Position numbers and translations under genes: made by a program
Notes under the pieces: model-generated
What the model saw: only the letters and a program-made list of their open reading frames with translations
The model's database searches: none
What the model was told of the DNA's origin: nothing
Source of the DNA: Candidatus Latescibacterota bacterium
GTDB lineage: Bacteria; Latescibacterota; UBA2968; UBA8231
Reading direction: 5' to 3'
DNA: 64,000 nt
Assembly (NCBI GenBank): GCA_964291625.2
Contig: OZ220089.1
Span: 4,448,001 to 4,512,000 of the forward strand
Part shown: piece after piece, positions 28,458 through 38,371 of the stretch
Layout of the letters: each line of letters starts with the position of its first letter
Numbering within the stretch: the stretch's first letter is position 1

Positions 28458-31400
28458 GGGCGGTCCGAGGCTTCCTTTCCTGCTGCTGGCCGCCGCGGCG
28501 GCGGCCGCGGCCGACGTCCGGCTGGTGGGCCTCGATGACTCTTCGCTGCGCCTGGAGCACCGCGTCACCGGCCCCTGCGCCGCCTCCGAGAGCGTGCTCG
28601 TCGGCCTCCCTCCGGGCGCCGAGCCCACCCTGCACCTGCTGACTCTCGAGGAGCGGCCGGGCGGGGTGGTCTGCGGCCAGGGGTCCGAGCCGGAGCCGGA
28701 GGCGTGGGTCTCGCCGCCGCCGGCCGCCGAGCTGCTGGAGGTGGGCCGCTTCCGCCGCCAGCGCGTGGCCCGCATCCGGTTCTCCGGACGGCACGGGCAG
28801 CAACCCCTGGGCCGGGTCGTGGCCGAGATCCGCTTCGGCTCCCGCCGCGGCCCGGGACGGTCCTCCTCCCCGGGGGCGGACGAGGCCCTCTACGCCGGGA
28901 CCGTCCTCAACCACGAGCAGGCCCGCCGGTGGCGGCTGGCGCGCCGGCCGCCGGAGGCCCCGAGGCGCGCCGCCGGCGCCGCGGCCGGCCCCGTGTACAA
29001 GGTCACCATCCGCAGCACCGGGCTCTACCGCCTCACCGGCGCCGACCTGCCCGGGGCCCGGGGCGCGGCCAGCTCCGGCCTGACCCTGCTCTACGGCGGC
29101 GGCCGCCCCCTCGACCCGGACGAGCTTCGGGGGCCTCTTCCCCTCGCGCCCGTGGCGGTGATCGTCGAGGACGGGGGAGACGGCACCTTCGACGCGGAGG
29201 ACGAGCTGATGTTCTACGGCGAGGCCTCCTCCCGCTGGGAGGGGGAGGGGGAGGACAGCCGGTGGCTGCACAACCCCTTCACCGGGGAGAACGCGTACTG
29301 GCTCGCCACCGCCGATCCCGAGCGCGCCCTGCGCCGGGAGCCCCGCCCACCTCCCGCGGCGGCGGCCGCGGCCGCCGACCGCTTCACCGAGCGGGTTCGC
29401 CTCGAGGGCGAGCACTTCCCGACCCACACCACGCCGGAGAAGATCGCCAGCGGCACCGAGTGGTACTGGCTGCGGATGTCCGCCGGCGACGAGGAGACCT
29501 TCCCCGCCCTGCTGCGGTCGCCCGCCGAGGAGACGCCGGTCCTCATCCGCATGCGGGGCATCTCCCAGACGAAGGACGGGGAGTCCCTGCGATTGCGCTG
29601 GAACGGGCGTTGGGCCGGGAACGCCCGGGCCAGCGAGGACGGTCCCTTCGTCTCCGAGGTGCGGACCACGGGGGCGGTGGAGGGGATCAACGAGCTCCAC
29701 GTCCGTCACCTCCGGGGGTGGCGGGTCCTGATCGACTGGTTCGAGCTGGAGTACGAGCGCCGCCCTCACGCCGAGGCGGGGCAGCTGTTCCTGCCGGCCC
29801 GCGGGGGCGCCGCGACCTACCGGGCCACGGGTTTCGAGGAGGCTCCGCGCGTCTTCGCCGTGGAGGACGGCGGCCTGCGCGAGGTCGCCGGGCTGGAGTA
29901 CTCCCCGGCCGAGGGCCGCGTGACCTTCACCGACAGCGCCGGCCCCGGCGCCCGCTACGCCGTGGCCGGGCCCGCGGGGATCCGCCGCCCCGCGAGGATC
30001 GAGGAGCGGCCGCCCCACCGGCTCGTCGACAGGTTCTCGGGAGCGGACTACCTCGTCCTCACCCACCCCGACCTCGAGACGGAGGCCGTCCGCCTGGCGG
30101 CCTGGCGCGCCGCCGACGACCGCCACGGCCTGCCCTTCTCCACCGAGGTGGTGCTCACGGACGAGATCTACGACGCCTTCTCCGGGGGGCTCCTCGACCC
30201 GACGGCGCTGCGCAACTTCCTCCATCACGCCTTCGAGGAGGGGCGGCCTTCCCCGGGCTTCGTCCTCCTCCTCGGCGACGGCAACTTCGACTACCGGGAC
30301 AACCTGGGGACGGGGGTCGGCAACTGGGTTCCTCCCTACGAGGAGGAGGAGAGCACCTACGACGAGTGGTACGTGCGCGTCTCCGGCGCCGACGACCTGC
30401 CGGACATGGCCGTGGGACGGATCCCGGTCCGCTCCTCCGAGGAGGCCGCCGCCGTGGTCGACAAGCTGATCGCCTACGACCGCGAGCCGGAGCAGGGCCC
30501 CTGGCGCAGCCGCATGCTGCTGGCCGCCGACGACACGTACCACGCGGACAAGCCGGAGCGGGTGGAGGCGGACTTCGTCGTGGACGCGGAGAAGCTGGCG
30601 GCGGAACTGCCCCCGGATCTCGACGTGGAGAAGCTCTACCTCGTCGACTACCCCCTCGAGGGCCGCTTCAAGCCGCGCGCCCGGGAGGACTTCCTCGAGA
30701 GCTTCTCCCGGGGTTCGCTGCTGCTCACCTGGGTGGGGCACGGCAACTCCCAGGTCCTGTCCCACGAGGTCATCTTCCGCCTCAGCCAGGACCTGCAGGA
30801 GGTGAACAACGGGCGCCGCCTGCCCCTGGCCTACGGCGCCGCCAGCCAGCTGGGCATCTTCGACGATCCCAACCGGGACTCGATGCCGGAGGCCCTCCTG
30901 AAGCGGCGCGAGGGCGGCGTGGTGGCGATGATCGCCGCCACCCGCGTCGGGTTCCACCCCAGCAACATGGAGCTGGCCCGGCACTTCCACGCCAGGCTGC
31001 TCACCAGTGGCCGCGAGGGCGTCCCCGTGGGGCAGGCCCTGCTCGAGGCCAAGCTGCGGTCGGTGCAGAACCGCGACAACACGCGCCGCTTCAGCCTCTT
31101 CGGAGATCCGGGGACGCGGCTGGCGCTCCCCCGTCTGCGGGTGGAGCTGGAGGTGGCCGACACCCTGCGCGCCCTGGAGATGGCCCGCCTCGTGGGGCGG
31201 ATCACCCGCGGCGGCGAGGCGGTCCCCTCCTTCGACGGCCGGGTCCGCCTCCAGGTCTTCGACTCCAGCTCGCTGCGGCGCCGCGTCGAGCAGGGCGTCA
31301 CCCTGGAGTACCAGCGGCCGGGGAACCCGCTCTTCCGGGGGCTCTACCCCGTCGCCTCGGGCCGCTTCTCGGTGGACTTCCTCGTCCCCCGCGACATCAC

Positions 31401-32130
31401 CTACCGCGGCCTCGCCGGCAGGGCGAGCGCCCTGGCCTGGGGCCCGGGCGGCTCGGCCTACGGAGCCGCCGGGCCGCTGGCCTTCACCGGGCTCTCGGGG
31501 ACCGCGGCCGCCGAGGACGACGAGGGACCGGCGATCGCCTTCGAGCAGGCCGGCCGCGTCCTCGAGGAGGGCCACGTCCTGCGCGGCGACGCCTCGCTGC
31601 GGGCGACGCTGCGGGACGCCAGCGGCGTCAACATCACCGGCGACGTGGGCCACGGCATCCGCCTGCACCTCGACGAGGCGGTCCTCGACGTCACCCGCGA
31701 CTATCACGCCGTGGGCGACTTCCGCCAGGGGGAGGTCCTCTTCGACCTGCCCGGCTTCGAGCCGGGCCGCCACCGCATCCGCCTGGAGGCCTGGGACGCG
31801 CGCAACAACTGGGGCGAGGGGGAACTCGAGGTGCGGGTCTCGGAGGAGGTCGATGCGGATCTGGACGACCTCCTCTTCCATCCCAACCCGCTGGCCGCCG
31901 AGGGGGGCCACTTCTCCTATACCCTCAGCGCTCCCGCGGGGCGGGTGAGGATCTCCGTCCACACCCTGGCGGGACGCCTCGTCGACGAAGTGACGGCAAG
32001 CGGCGAAGCCGGGTACAACGCGCTCTCCTGGGAGGCGCCGGCCGGCCTGGCCAACGGCGCCTATCTCTTCAGCGCCCGGGTGGACGGCGGCGAGACCCGG
32101 CGGAGGGGCGTCCTCGTCGTCGCCCGCTAG
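28450..32130 (+). CDS. porU: PorU-like peptidase C25 (gingipain family) sortase homolog
   Basis: YKVTIRSTGLYRL, DYLVLTH, LLLGDGNFDYR, PDMAVGRIP, WRSRMLLAADD, WVGHG, LFGDP, DDEGPAI, DASGVNITGDVGH, AWDARNN, HPNP C-terminal domain. Confidence 0.85.
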   Translation: MTEGGPRLPFLLLAAAAAAAADVRLVGLDDSSLRLEHRVTGPCAASESVLVGLPPGAEPTLHLLTLEERPGGVVCGQGSEPEPEAWVSPPPAAELLEVGRFRRQRVARIRFSGRHGQQPLGRVVAEIRFGSRRGPGRSSSPGADEALYAGTVLNHEQARRWRLARRPPEAPRRAAGAAAGPVYKVTIRSTGLYRLTGADLPGARGAASSGLTLLYGGGRPLDPDELRGPLPLAPVAVIVEDGGDGTFDAEDELMFYGEASSRWEGEGEDSRWLHNPFTGENAYWLATADPERALRREPRPPPAAAAAAADRFTERVRLEGEHFPTHTTPEKIASGTEWYWLRMSAGDEETFPALLRSPAEETPVLIRMRGISQTKDGESLRLRWNGRWAGNARASEDGPFVSEVRTTGAVEGINELHVRHLRGWRVLIDWFELEYERRPHAEAGQLFLPARGGAATYRATGFEEAPRVFAVEDGGLREVAGLEYSPAEGRVTFTDSAGPGARYAVAGPAGIRRPARIEERPPHRLVDRFSGADYLVLTHPDLETEAVRLAAWRAADDRHGLPFSTEVVLTDEIYDAFSGGLLDPTALRNFLHHAFEEGRPSPGFVLLLGDGNFDYRDNLGTGVGNWVPPYEEEESTYDEWYVRVSGADDLPDMAVGRIPVRSSEEAAAVVDKLIAYDREPEQGPWRSRMLLAADDTYHADKPERVEADFVVDAEKLAAELPPDLDVEKLYLVDYPLEGRFKPRAREDFLESFSRGSLLLTWVGHGNSQVLSHEVIFRLSQDLQEVNNGRRLPLAYGAASQLGIFDDPNRDSMPEALLKRREGGVVAMIAATRVGFHPSNMELARHFHARLLTSGREGVPVGQALLEAKLRSVQNRDNTRRFSLFGDPGTRLALPRLRVELEVADTLRALEMARLVGRITRGGEAVPSFDGRVRLQVFDSSSLRRRVEQGVTLEYQRPGNPLFRGLYPVASGRFSVDFLVPRDITYRGLAGRASALAWGPGGSAYGAAGPLAFTGLSGTAAAEDDEGPAIAFEQAGRVLEEGHVLRGDASLRATLRDASGVNITGDVGHGIRLHLDEAVLDVTRDYHAVGDFRQGEVLFDLPGFEPGRHRIRLEAWDARNNWGEGELEVRVSEEVDADLDDLLFHPNPLAAEGGHFSYTLSAPAGRVRISVHTLAGRLVDEVTASGEAGYNALSWEAPAGLANGAYLFSARVDGGETRRRGVLVVAR

Positions 32131-32145
32131 GCGGACTCCCGCCCT

Positions 32146-34117
32146 TCAGTAGACCGGGATCCGGTTGCCCACGGTCCCGGTGAAGCCGTCGATCACCAGC
32201 CACAGACCGCCGACGACGAACTGGCCGAGGACGATGCCCAGGAAGAAGGGGCGCGTCGAACGGTAGAGGCCGGGCCCGCCGTACTTGAGGACCACCACCT
32301 TGATCAGCCAGGCGAGGAAGATGGAGAACCAGATGTTGTTGAGGGCCCAGCCCGGGCTCACCGCGAAGCCGAGGGGATGGAGGGGCCACCAGGGGAAGCG
32401 GTGGCGCGCCATCATGAGCAGGGCCATGACGCCGCCGCCGCCGCCGGTCCAGAGCCACCCGACCAGGTTCGGGCCGGTGGGGGTGGCCAGCTTCTTGGCG
32501 GCGAAGCTGGAGGGGTACTGGGCGAAGCCGCCGAAGTACTGCCGGTGCAGGTTGAGGGCGCCGTCGCGGTAGGCGAGGTGCAGCAGCATCCACGCCGACA
32601 GGACCAGGCCGACGGCCATGGCCACGGCGATGGCGATGGCCAGCCAGCGGCGCCTCGCCGTGGCCTCGGAGCCGAGGCGCATGGCGTTGGCCAGGGGCGC
32701 GGTCATGAAGACCAGCAGGTCTCCCATCCAGGCCAGGGTGTAGCCGGTGGCCACCATGCCCTGCATGCCGAGGGCGGGGACCCCCACCCCCGAGACCACG
32801 AACCCCGCGGGCACCATCTCCGGCGTCACCGTGGGCAGGCCCGCCTCGGCGATGACCCGCGCCAGGCCGATGAGGATCACCAGGGCCGAGAGGATGAAGA
32901 GGGGCACGATGTGCGGCGGGATGCCGCTCTTCCACAGCCAGTAGCCCATGAACAGGACGCCGACGATCAGGCCGCCGAGGGCGCCCCGGTAGGAGAGGAT
33001 CTCGCCGCTGTCGTCGACCTCGGGGGCGCGGCCCAGGGCCTTGCGCGCCACCTGCTTCAGGTGGCCGCGGGCGGTCCACAGGCTGAAGAACACGAGCACG
33101 AAGAGGGCGCCCATCATCTGGTGCCCCATGATCGCCCCCACCGGCCCGGAGCCGGTCCACGGCCCGAGCTCCTCGGCGTTGTGGATCCCGACGACGCGGA
33201 AGAGGCCCTCCTGCAGGGTGTTGAGGAGGTAGAAGAACCACAGGCTGAAGGCGATCCCCGAGTTGATGAAGTAGGCGAAGCCGAACATCAGGTAGTTGAT
33301 GCGCAGCCGCAGGATCACCGAGTCCCGGAAGAGGGGCACGGAGGCGGCGGGGTTGATGGGCGAGATGAAGTGGAAGTAGTGGCTCAGGGCGTTGACGCTG
33401 CCCAGGACCAGGGGGATGGCCATCCCGCACCACATGACCGGCGACTTGAAGAAGGGCTTGAGGATCTCGCCGCGGTCGCCGCGGCGGTCCTCGATCATGG
33501 CCAGGGAGAGCTGGGCCAGGGGGAAGACGAGGCGCTCGTGCTCGACCCACGGGCGCCGCAGGATGACCATGGCGCAGACGAGGACGAGCCAGAACCCCGC
33601 GAAGAAGGAGAACCAGCGCAGCAGGGGAGGCGCCCAGACGTCCAGGGGGATCCCGGAGCCGCTGGTGGTGCCCTCGTAGAACTCCTTCACCGCCGTCGGG
33701 TGGTAGACGACCATCCAGTCCGAGAGCAGGGGGTGGATCAGGGTCGCCCAGTCGTTCTCCGGCGTGGCGTAGTAGAAGGTCCCCGTGATCATGGGCAGCA
33801 GCATGCCCGTGACCCCGCGGGTGGGGATGGCGGTGGCCACGGCCATCATGATGAAGACGGTGACCAGCTCGGCCGCGGCTCAGGGCCCAGGTGCGGCGCA
33901 CGGCCCCGAGCGCGACCTGCACCGTGAGGAGCAGGACGAAGAGCAGGAAGAAGGCCGCCGGCGTGCACGAGCTGAGGCCCAGGCGCGTGCCCTGGATCAC
34001 CATGGCGCCGTAGGGGACGCCCACGGCGATGACCGCGCACATGACGGCGCCCACGGCCAGGCCCCGGAGGGTTACGGGGTGGCTCGCGGTCTCGGCGCGG
34101 GACGGGGTCGACGGCAT
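32146..34117 (-). CDS. DUF6785/DUF6784-type membrane protein, copy 2; +1 frameshift near 33872 (probable sequencing error or pseudogene)
   Basis: The N-terminus (MPSTP...) and body (MMAVAT...) lie in different frames. Removing one base from AGC CGC GGC C GAG CTG restores LSR-ELVTVFIM, matching the paralogs. Confidence 0.82.
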
Positions 34118-34138
34118 GGCGCTGGCTCGGGGGCGGCT

Positions 34139-35167
34139 TCAGCCCGGCGGGGTCTCCAGAAGGCTCTCCCCGTAGGTGAAGACCAGGGGTGTGCCGCCGG
34201 TGTGCACGAAGACGATGTCGGCGTCCTCGGCCCAGCGGCCCTCGCGGATCCCGGCCAGCAGGCCGGTGAAGGCCTTGCCCGTGTACGTGGGATCGACCAG
34301 GACCCCCTCGGTGCGGGCCAGCAGGCCGATCGCCTCGCGGGTGGGCCCGTCGAGGATCCCGAAGGCGGGGCCGACCCAGCGGTCGTCCACACGGATGCCG
34401 TCCGCCGTCGGCATCGGATCGCAGGCCAGACCCAGGCGGTCGATCGTCTCGGACGCCCTCGCAACGACCGAACCGGCGGCGGAGCCGGCGTCGGCCAGGT
34501 GGCCCTGGGGCGTGCCGGTGAAGGGGGTCGGGCGGCCCAGCAGCCGGAAGCCCGCCACCAGGCCGGCGAGGCTGTTGCCGCCGGAGCCGACGAAGACCTC
34601 GGCCGGCTCGAGGCCGGCGCCGTCGCACTGGGCGGCCAGCTCCAGGGCGCACTGCACGTAGGCGACCCGGGACAGAACCGCCGAGACCCCCGTGAAGGGG
34701 GACCGGCCCCGCCGCCGGAGGCGCTCCATCTCCTCCTCGATCAGCGCTCCGACCCCCTCCGGCGGCGCCAGGCGGACCCGGGCGCCGAAGAGGTGGTGCA
34801 GGAGGAGGTTGCCGGTCACCGGGTCGGTGAGGCCCATGGGGGTGTCGCTCCGGCGCAACACGACCACCGCCTCCAGGCCCAGGCGGGCGGCGGCGGCGGC
34901 GAACTGCCGGCAGTGGTTGGAGTGCACCACGGCGCTGAGCACCACGGCGTCGGCGCCCTGCTCGATCGCCTCGGCGAGGGTGAACTCGAGGTAGCGCGAC
35001 TTGTTGCCGCCGAAGGCCAGCCCCGTCAGGTCGTCGCGCTTCACCCAGACCCGGGGGCCGCCGACGACCTCCCGGAGGCGGTCCAGCGGCTGCAGGGGGG
35101 TGGGCAGGTGCAGCAGCCGCCGGCGGGGGCAGCGGTCGATGGCGGCCTGGATCTCGTCGGGTCGCAT
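34139..35167 (-). CDS. D-cysteine desulfhydrase/ACC deaminase family PLP enzyme
   Basis: PTPLQ, VWVKRDDLTGLAFGGNKSR, SNHCRQ, EGVLVDPTYTGKA, FVHTGG; ATG 35167 after GAGG. Confidence 0.9.
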   Translation of the reverse strand: MRPDEIQAAIDRCPRRRLLHLPTPLQPLDRLREVVGGPRVWVKRDDLTGLAFGGNKSRYLEFTLAEAIEQGADAVVLSAVVHSNHCRQFAAAAARLGLEAVVVLRRSDTPMGLTDPVTGNLLLHHLFGARVRLAPPEGVGALIEEEMERLRRRGRSPFTGVSAVLSRVAYVQCALELAAQCDGAGLEPAEVFVGSGGNSLAGLVAGFRLLGRPTPFTGTPQGHLADAGSAAGSVVARASETIDRLGLACDPMPTADGIRVDDRWVGPAFGILDGPTREAIGLLARTEGVLVDPTYTGKAFTGLLAGIREGRWAEDADIVFVHTGGTPLVFTYGESLLETPPG

Positions 35168-35298
35168 GTGGCGGTTTCCTCTGGGTGAATGCCTTTGCAG
35201 GGCGCCTGCCGCGGGCGGCGGCGGCACAATTACGGTCTTTGCCCGCCCCCCGTCACGGAGGGATGAACTCGCCCCGGGGGGCGGCCGGCGGCGGGCGG

Positions 35299-36459
35299 CT
35301 ACTCCCGCCGCCAGGCGGCGGGCAGGGTCTCCCGCCAGTCGGGGAAGGAGCGGCCGTGCAGGTCCCACACCACCTCGCCGGCGCGCAGGGTCATGTGGCA
35401 CTGCAGGCGGTGCCGTCCCGGCATGGTGCTGCGGGTGCTGTCGACGAACCGGAAGTCGCCGGGGACCCGCTCGAGGACGGCGATGTCGGCCTCGGCGCCC
35501 ACTCCCAGGTGGCCCAGCTCCGGGCGGCCGATGACCTGCGCCGGGCGCCAGGTGGAGCGGAGCACGACCTCCTGCAGGGGCATCCCCAGGGCCAGCATCT
35601 TCGACATGACCGCGTCCATGGTGGCGTTGGAGAGCAGGCGGCTGCGGCGGTGCAGGTCGGTGCTGATCGTGTCGGGCGGGAAACCCTGCTCCATGGCCGG
35701 CACCGCCAGGTGCCAGTAGAAGCTCATGTTGCCGTGGCCCACGTCGAAGACGACGCCGCGCTCGCGGGCGGCCCACACGTAGTCGGCGACCGTTCGCGTC
35801 TCCTTGTCGACCAGGGGCGTGCGCGTCGAGTAGAGGTGGGTGTGGATGTCGCCGGCGTCGAAGCGCTCGAGGAGCTCGGCGTAGGTGCGGGTGGGCCGCG
35901 GCGAGAAGTCGACCATGGCGATCGTGCCGCTCCGGCGGGCGGCCTCGATGGCGCCTCCGGCAGACTCCCACCCCGGCCCCCCGAAGTGGGCGGACTTGGT
36001 GCCCACGATGCGGTCCCGGTGGCGTCCCACCGTCTCGGCGCAGGGCCGCGGGTCCATGTCGGTCGTGTCCTGCTCCGGAGGCCCGGTCATGCCGGCGCCG
36101 ACGATGTTGAGGAAGGCGAGGACCCGGGTCGTCGACGGCTCCATGATCGTCTCCCGGAAGCGCTCGAAGTCCTTGAAGCCGCTGCTGCCGGTGTCGACGG
36201 CGGTGGTGACCCCGCAGCTCAGGCAGTACGGGTCGGGGAACAACCAGGCGTCGAAGCCGCCGAAGGCGTGGAGGTGGATGTCGATCAGCCCCGGCGTGAC
36301 GTAGAGGCCGGCCACGTCGACGCGGCGGGCGGCGCCGGCGCCCAGGCCGGGGCCCACGGCGGCGATGCGGCCGTCGCGGAGGGCCACGTCCATGGGGCCG
36401 TCGAGGCCGTTGCGCGGGTCGATGACGTGGCCGCCCGTGAGGACGAGGTCGAAGGCCAT
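35299..36459 (-). CDS. Amidohydrolase/deacetylase family metallohydrolase (dihydroorotase-like)
   Basis: PGLIDIHLH, GVTTAVDTGS, DIHTH, FDVGHG, PDTISTDLH; TGATG coupling to the upstream gene. Confidence 0.9.
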   Translation of the reverse strand: MAFDLVLTGGHVIDPRNGLDGPMDVALRDGRIAAVGPGLGAGAARRVDVAGLYVTPGLIDIHLHAFGGFDAWLFPDPYCLSCGVTTAVDTGSSGFKDFERFRETIMEPSTTRVLAFLNIVGAGMTGPPEQDTTDMDPRPCAETVGRHRDRIVGTKSAHFGGPGWESAGGAIEAARRSGTIAMVDFSPRPTRTYAELLERFDAGDIHTHLYSTRTPLVDKETRTVADYVWAARERGVVFDVGHGNMSFYWHLAVPAMEQGFPPDTISTDLHRRSRLLSNATMDAVMSKMLALGMPLQEVVLRSTWRPAQVIGRPELGHLGVGAEADIAVLERVPGDFRFVDSTRSTMPGRHRLQCHMTLRAGEVVWDLHGRSFPDWRETLPAAWRRE

Positions 36460-37358
36460 CAGGATCCTCCGTCGATGGATGCTGCAAGTTGGCGGATGTT
36501 GGACAGGGTGCGGCGCAGGGCATCGTCCGGCCCCCGGGGAGAAGAGCCGGCGCTCTTGATGGAGAGCCAGCCCTCCCAGCCGCCCTCCCGCAGGAGGCGC
36601 AGGCAGGCGCCGTGGTCGACCTCGCCCTCGCCGAAGACGGCCGCCTCCCAGGGGTTCAGCCGTCCGTGGCCGGCGAACTCGGCGGCCACGAGGTCCCGCT
36701 CCCGGGGGCGCCAGTCCCCGAGGCGCACGGCGGCGGCCCGTCCGCGCAGCCGCCGGGTGGCGGCCACCGGGTCCTCGCCCTCGTAGTAGAGGTAGTTGCC
36801 CGGGTCGAGGCAGGCGCCGGCGTTGGCGGCGTCCACCAGCCGCACCACCCACTCCTGGTGCCAGCTGGTGCAGGCGAAGGAGCCGTGGTTGAGGAGGGCC
36901 ACCTGCACCTCCCGCTCGCCGGCGTACGCGGCCAGTTCCCGCATCTGCCGGACCAGGGGTCCCGCGGCGCCGGCGAAGGGCAGGCCGCCCTCGGTCGGGT
37001 CCCGGCCGGCGGGCAGGGGCTGGGAGTCGATGGCGGCGAAGGTCACCACGCGGGCGCCCACGGCGGCTGCCGCGTCGACCTGCCGCCGGAGCGTCGCCAT
37101 GGCCGCCGCCGCGCGCCCGTCGTGGTATCCGAGCTTCGCCGCCGACCCGATGGCGAAGAGCCGCACCCCGGAGGCGGCGGCCGTCTCGGCGAGGGCGGGG
37201 GCCGCCTCCAGGTCTCCCGGGGACCCGCCCCAGTCGGACTCGTAGAACTCGACCCCCTCCAGGCCGAGGCGGGCGGCCTCGCGCACGATCCGCTCCGGGG
37301 TCCGCTCGCCGTCGATCGATCGCCCCAGGGCGATGCTCATGGCGCCGATGGGGAACAC
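36459..37358 (-). CDS. Sugar phosphate isomerase/epimerase (xylose-isomerase-like TIM barrel)
   Basis: GLEGVEF, LLNHG, CLDPGN, GEGEVD, GWEGWLSIK. Start at GTG 37358 or ATG 37340. Confidence 0.8.
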   Translation of the reverse strand: MFPIGAMSIALGRSIDGERTPERIVREAARLGLEGVEFYESDWGGSPGDLEAAPALAETAAASGVRLFAIGSAAKLGYHDGRAAAAMATLRRQVDAAAAVGARVVTFAAIDSQPLPAGRDPTEGGLPFAGAAGPLVRQMRELAAYAGEREVQVALLNHGSFACTSWHQEWVVRLVDAANAGACLDPGNYLYYEGEDPVAATRRLRGRAAAVRLGDWRPRERDLVAAEFAGHGRLNPWEAAVFGEGEVDHGACLRLLREGGWEGWLSIKSAGSSPRGPDDALRRTLSNIRQLAASIDGGS

Positions 37359-37360
37359 GA

Positions 37361-38371
37361 TCAGCCTTCCGGGCCCGAGGGTCCGGGGTCGACGGCGACG
37401 ACGCGGCCGCTGCGGCCCGACTCCCCGGCGGCGCAGGTCAGCGCCACCGTGTGGCGGACTTCGGCGCCGGCCGCCTGGGCCAGGGGGCGGCCGTCGCGGA
37501 TGGCGGTGAAGAACTCGCGGTGGATGTCCTCCTCGCCGGGCAGGGCCACCGACTCTTCCGGCTCGAGGGTTTCGCCGTCGACGACCAGGGCTCCGCTGGT
37601 GGAGGCGAGCTGGATCACCCCGCCGGTGCCGGCCACGGTCCACTCGTAGCCCGCCCGGTGATGGAAGGAGAGGGCCACGTTGAGGACCGCCCCCCGCCGG
37701 GTGACGGCCACCATGGAGACCTCGTCCTCGATGTCGACGGCGGGGTGGGGGTCGATGGCCCGCACCACGGCGTAGGCCGTGGCCGCCCGGTCCCCGAGCC
37801 ACCAGAGGAGGATGTCGAAGGAGTGGGACCCGATCCCCGGCAGGATCCCGCCGGACTCGGCCTGGCGGGCGAACCAGCTGGCCTCGTCGCCGCCGCGGCC
37901 GGGGCTCATGCGCCGGTGGAGGACGTGGCGCACCTCGCCGATGCGGCCGCTGTCGAGGAGCGCCTTCACCTGCCGCAGGCGGGGCTCGAAGCGCAGGGTC
38001 TGTCCCGACATGAGCAGTCGCCCGCCGGCCTCGGCGGCGGCCACCATCTCATCCGCGTCGGCCACGGTCAGGGCCAGGGGTTTCTCGACGAAGACGTGCC
38101 GGCCGGAGCGCAGGCCGGCGAGGGCGTAACGGGCGTGCAGGTGGTTCGGCGTGCAGACGAAGACGGCCTCCGCCGGCTCCGCCTCGAGGGCCGAGTCCAG
38201 GTCGTCGTAGAGCCGCTCGATGCCGTGGTCCCGCCGCAGGCGCTCGTGGTGCGCCTCGTGGGGCTCGACGGCGGCGGTCACCGCGGCCAGCTCCGGGATG
38301 CGGGCGATCCCCTGCAGGTGGGCGGTCCCCATTCGGCCGCCGCCGACGAGGAGGGTGGGGACCGGGCTCAT
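37361..38371 (-). CDS. Gfo/Idh/MocA family oxidoreductase
   Basis: VGGGRMG, CTPNHLH, HVFVEKPL, GGILPGIGSHSFD; ATGA coupling. Confidence 0.92.
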   Translation of the reverse strand: MSPVPTLLVGGGRMGTAHLQGIARIPELAAVTAAVEPHEAHHERLRRDHGIERLYDDLDSALEAEPAEAVFVCTPNHLHARYALAGLRSGRHVFVEKPLALTVADADEMVAAAEAGGRLLMSGQTLRFEPRLRQVKALLDSGRIGEVRHVLHRRMSPGRGGDEASWFARQAESGGILPGIGSHSFDILLWWLGDRAATAYAVVRAIDPHPAVDIEDEVSMVAVTRRGAVLNVALSFHHRAGYEWTVAGTGGVIQLASTSGALVVDGETLEPEESVALPGEEDIHREFFTAIRDGRPLAQAAGAEVRHTVALTCAAGESGRSGRVVAVDPGPSGPEG

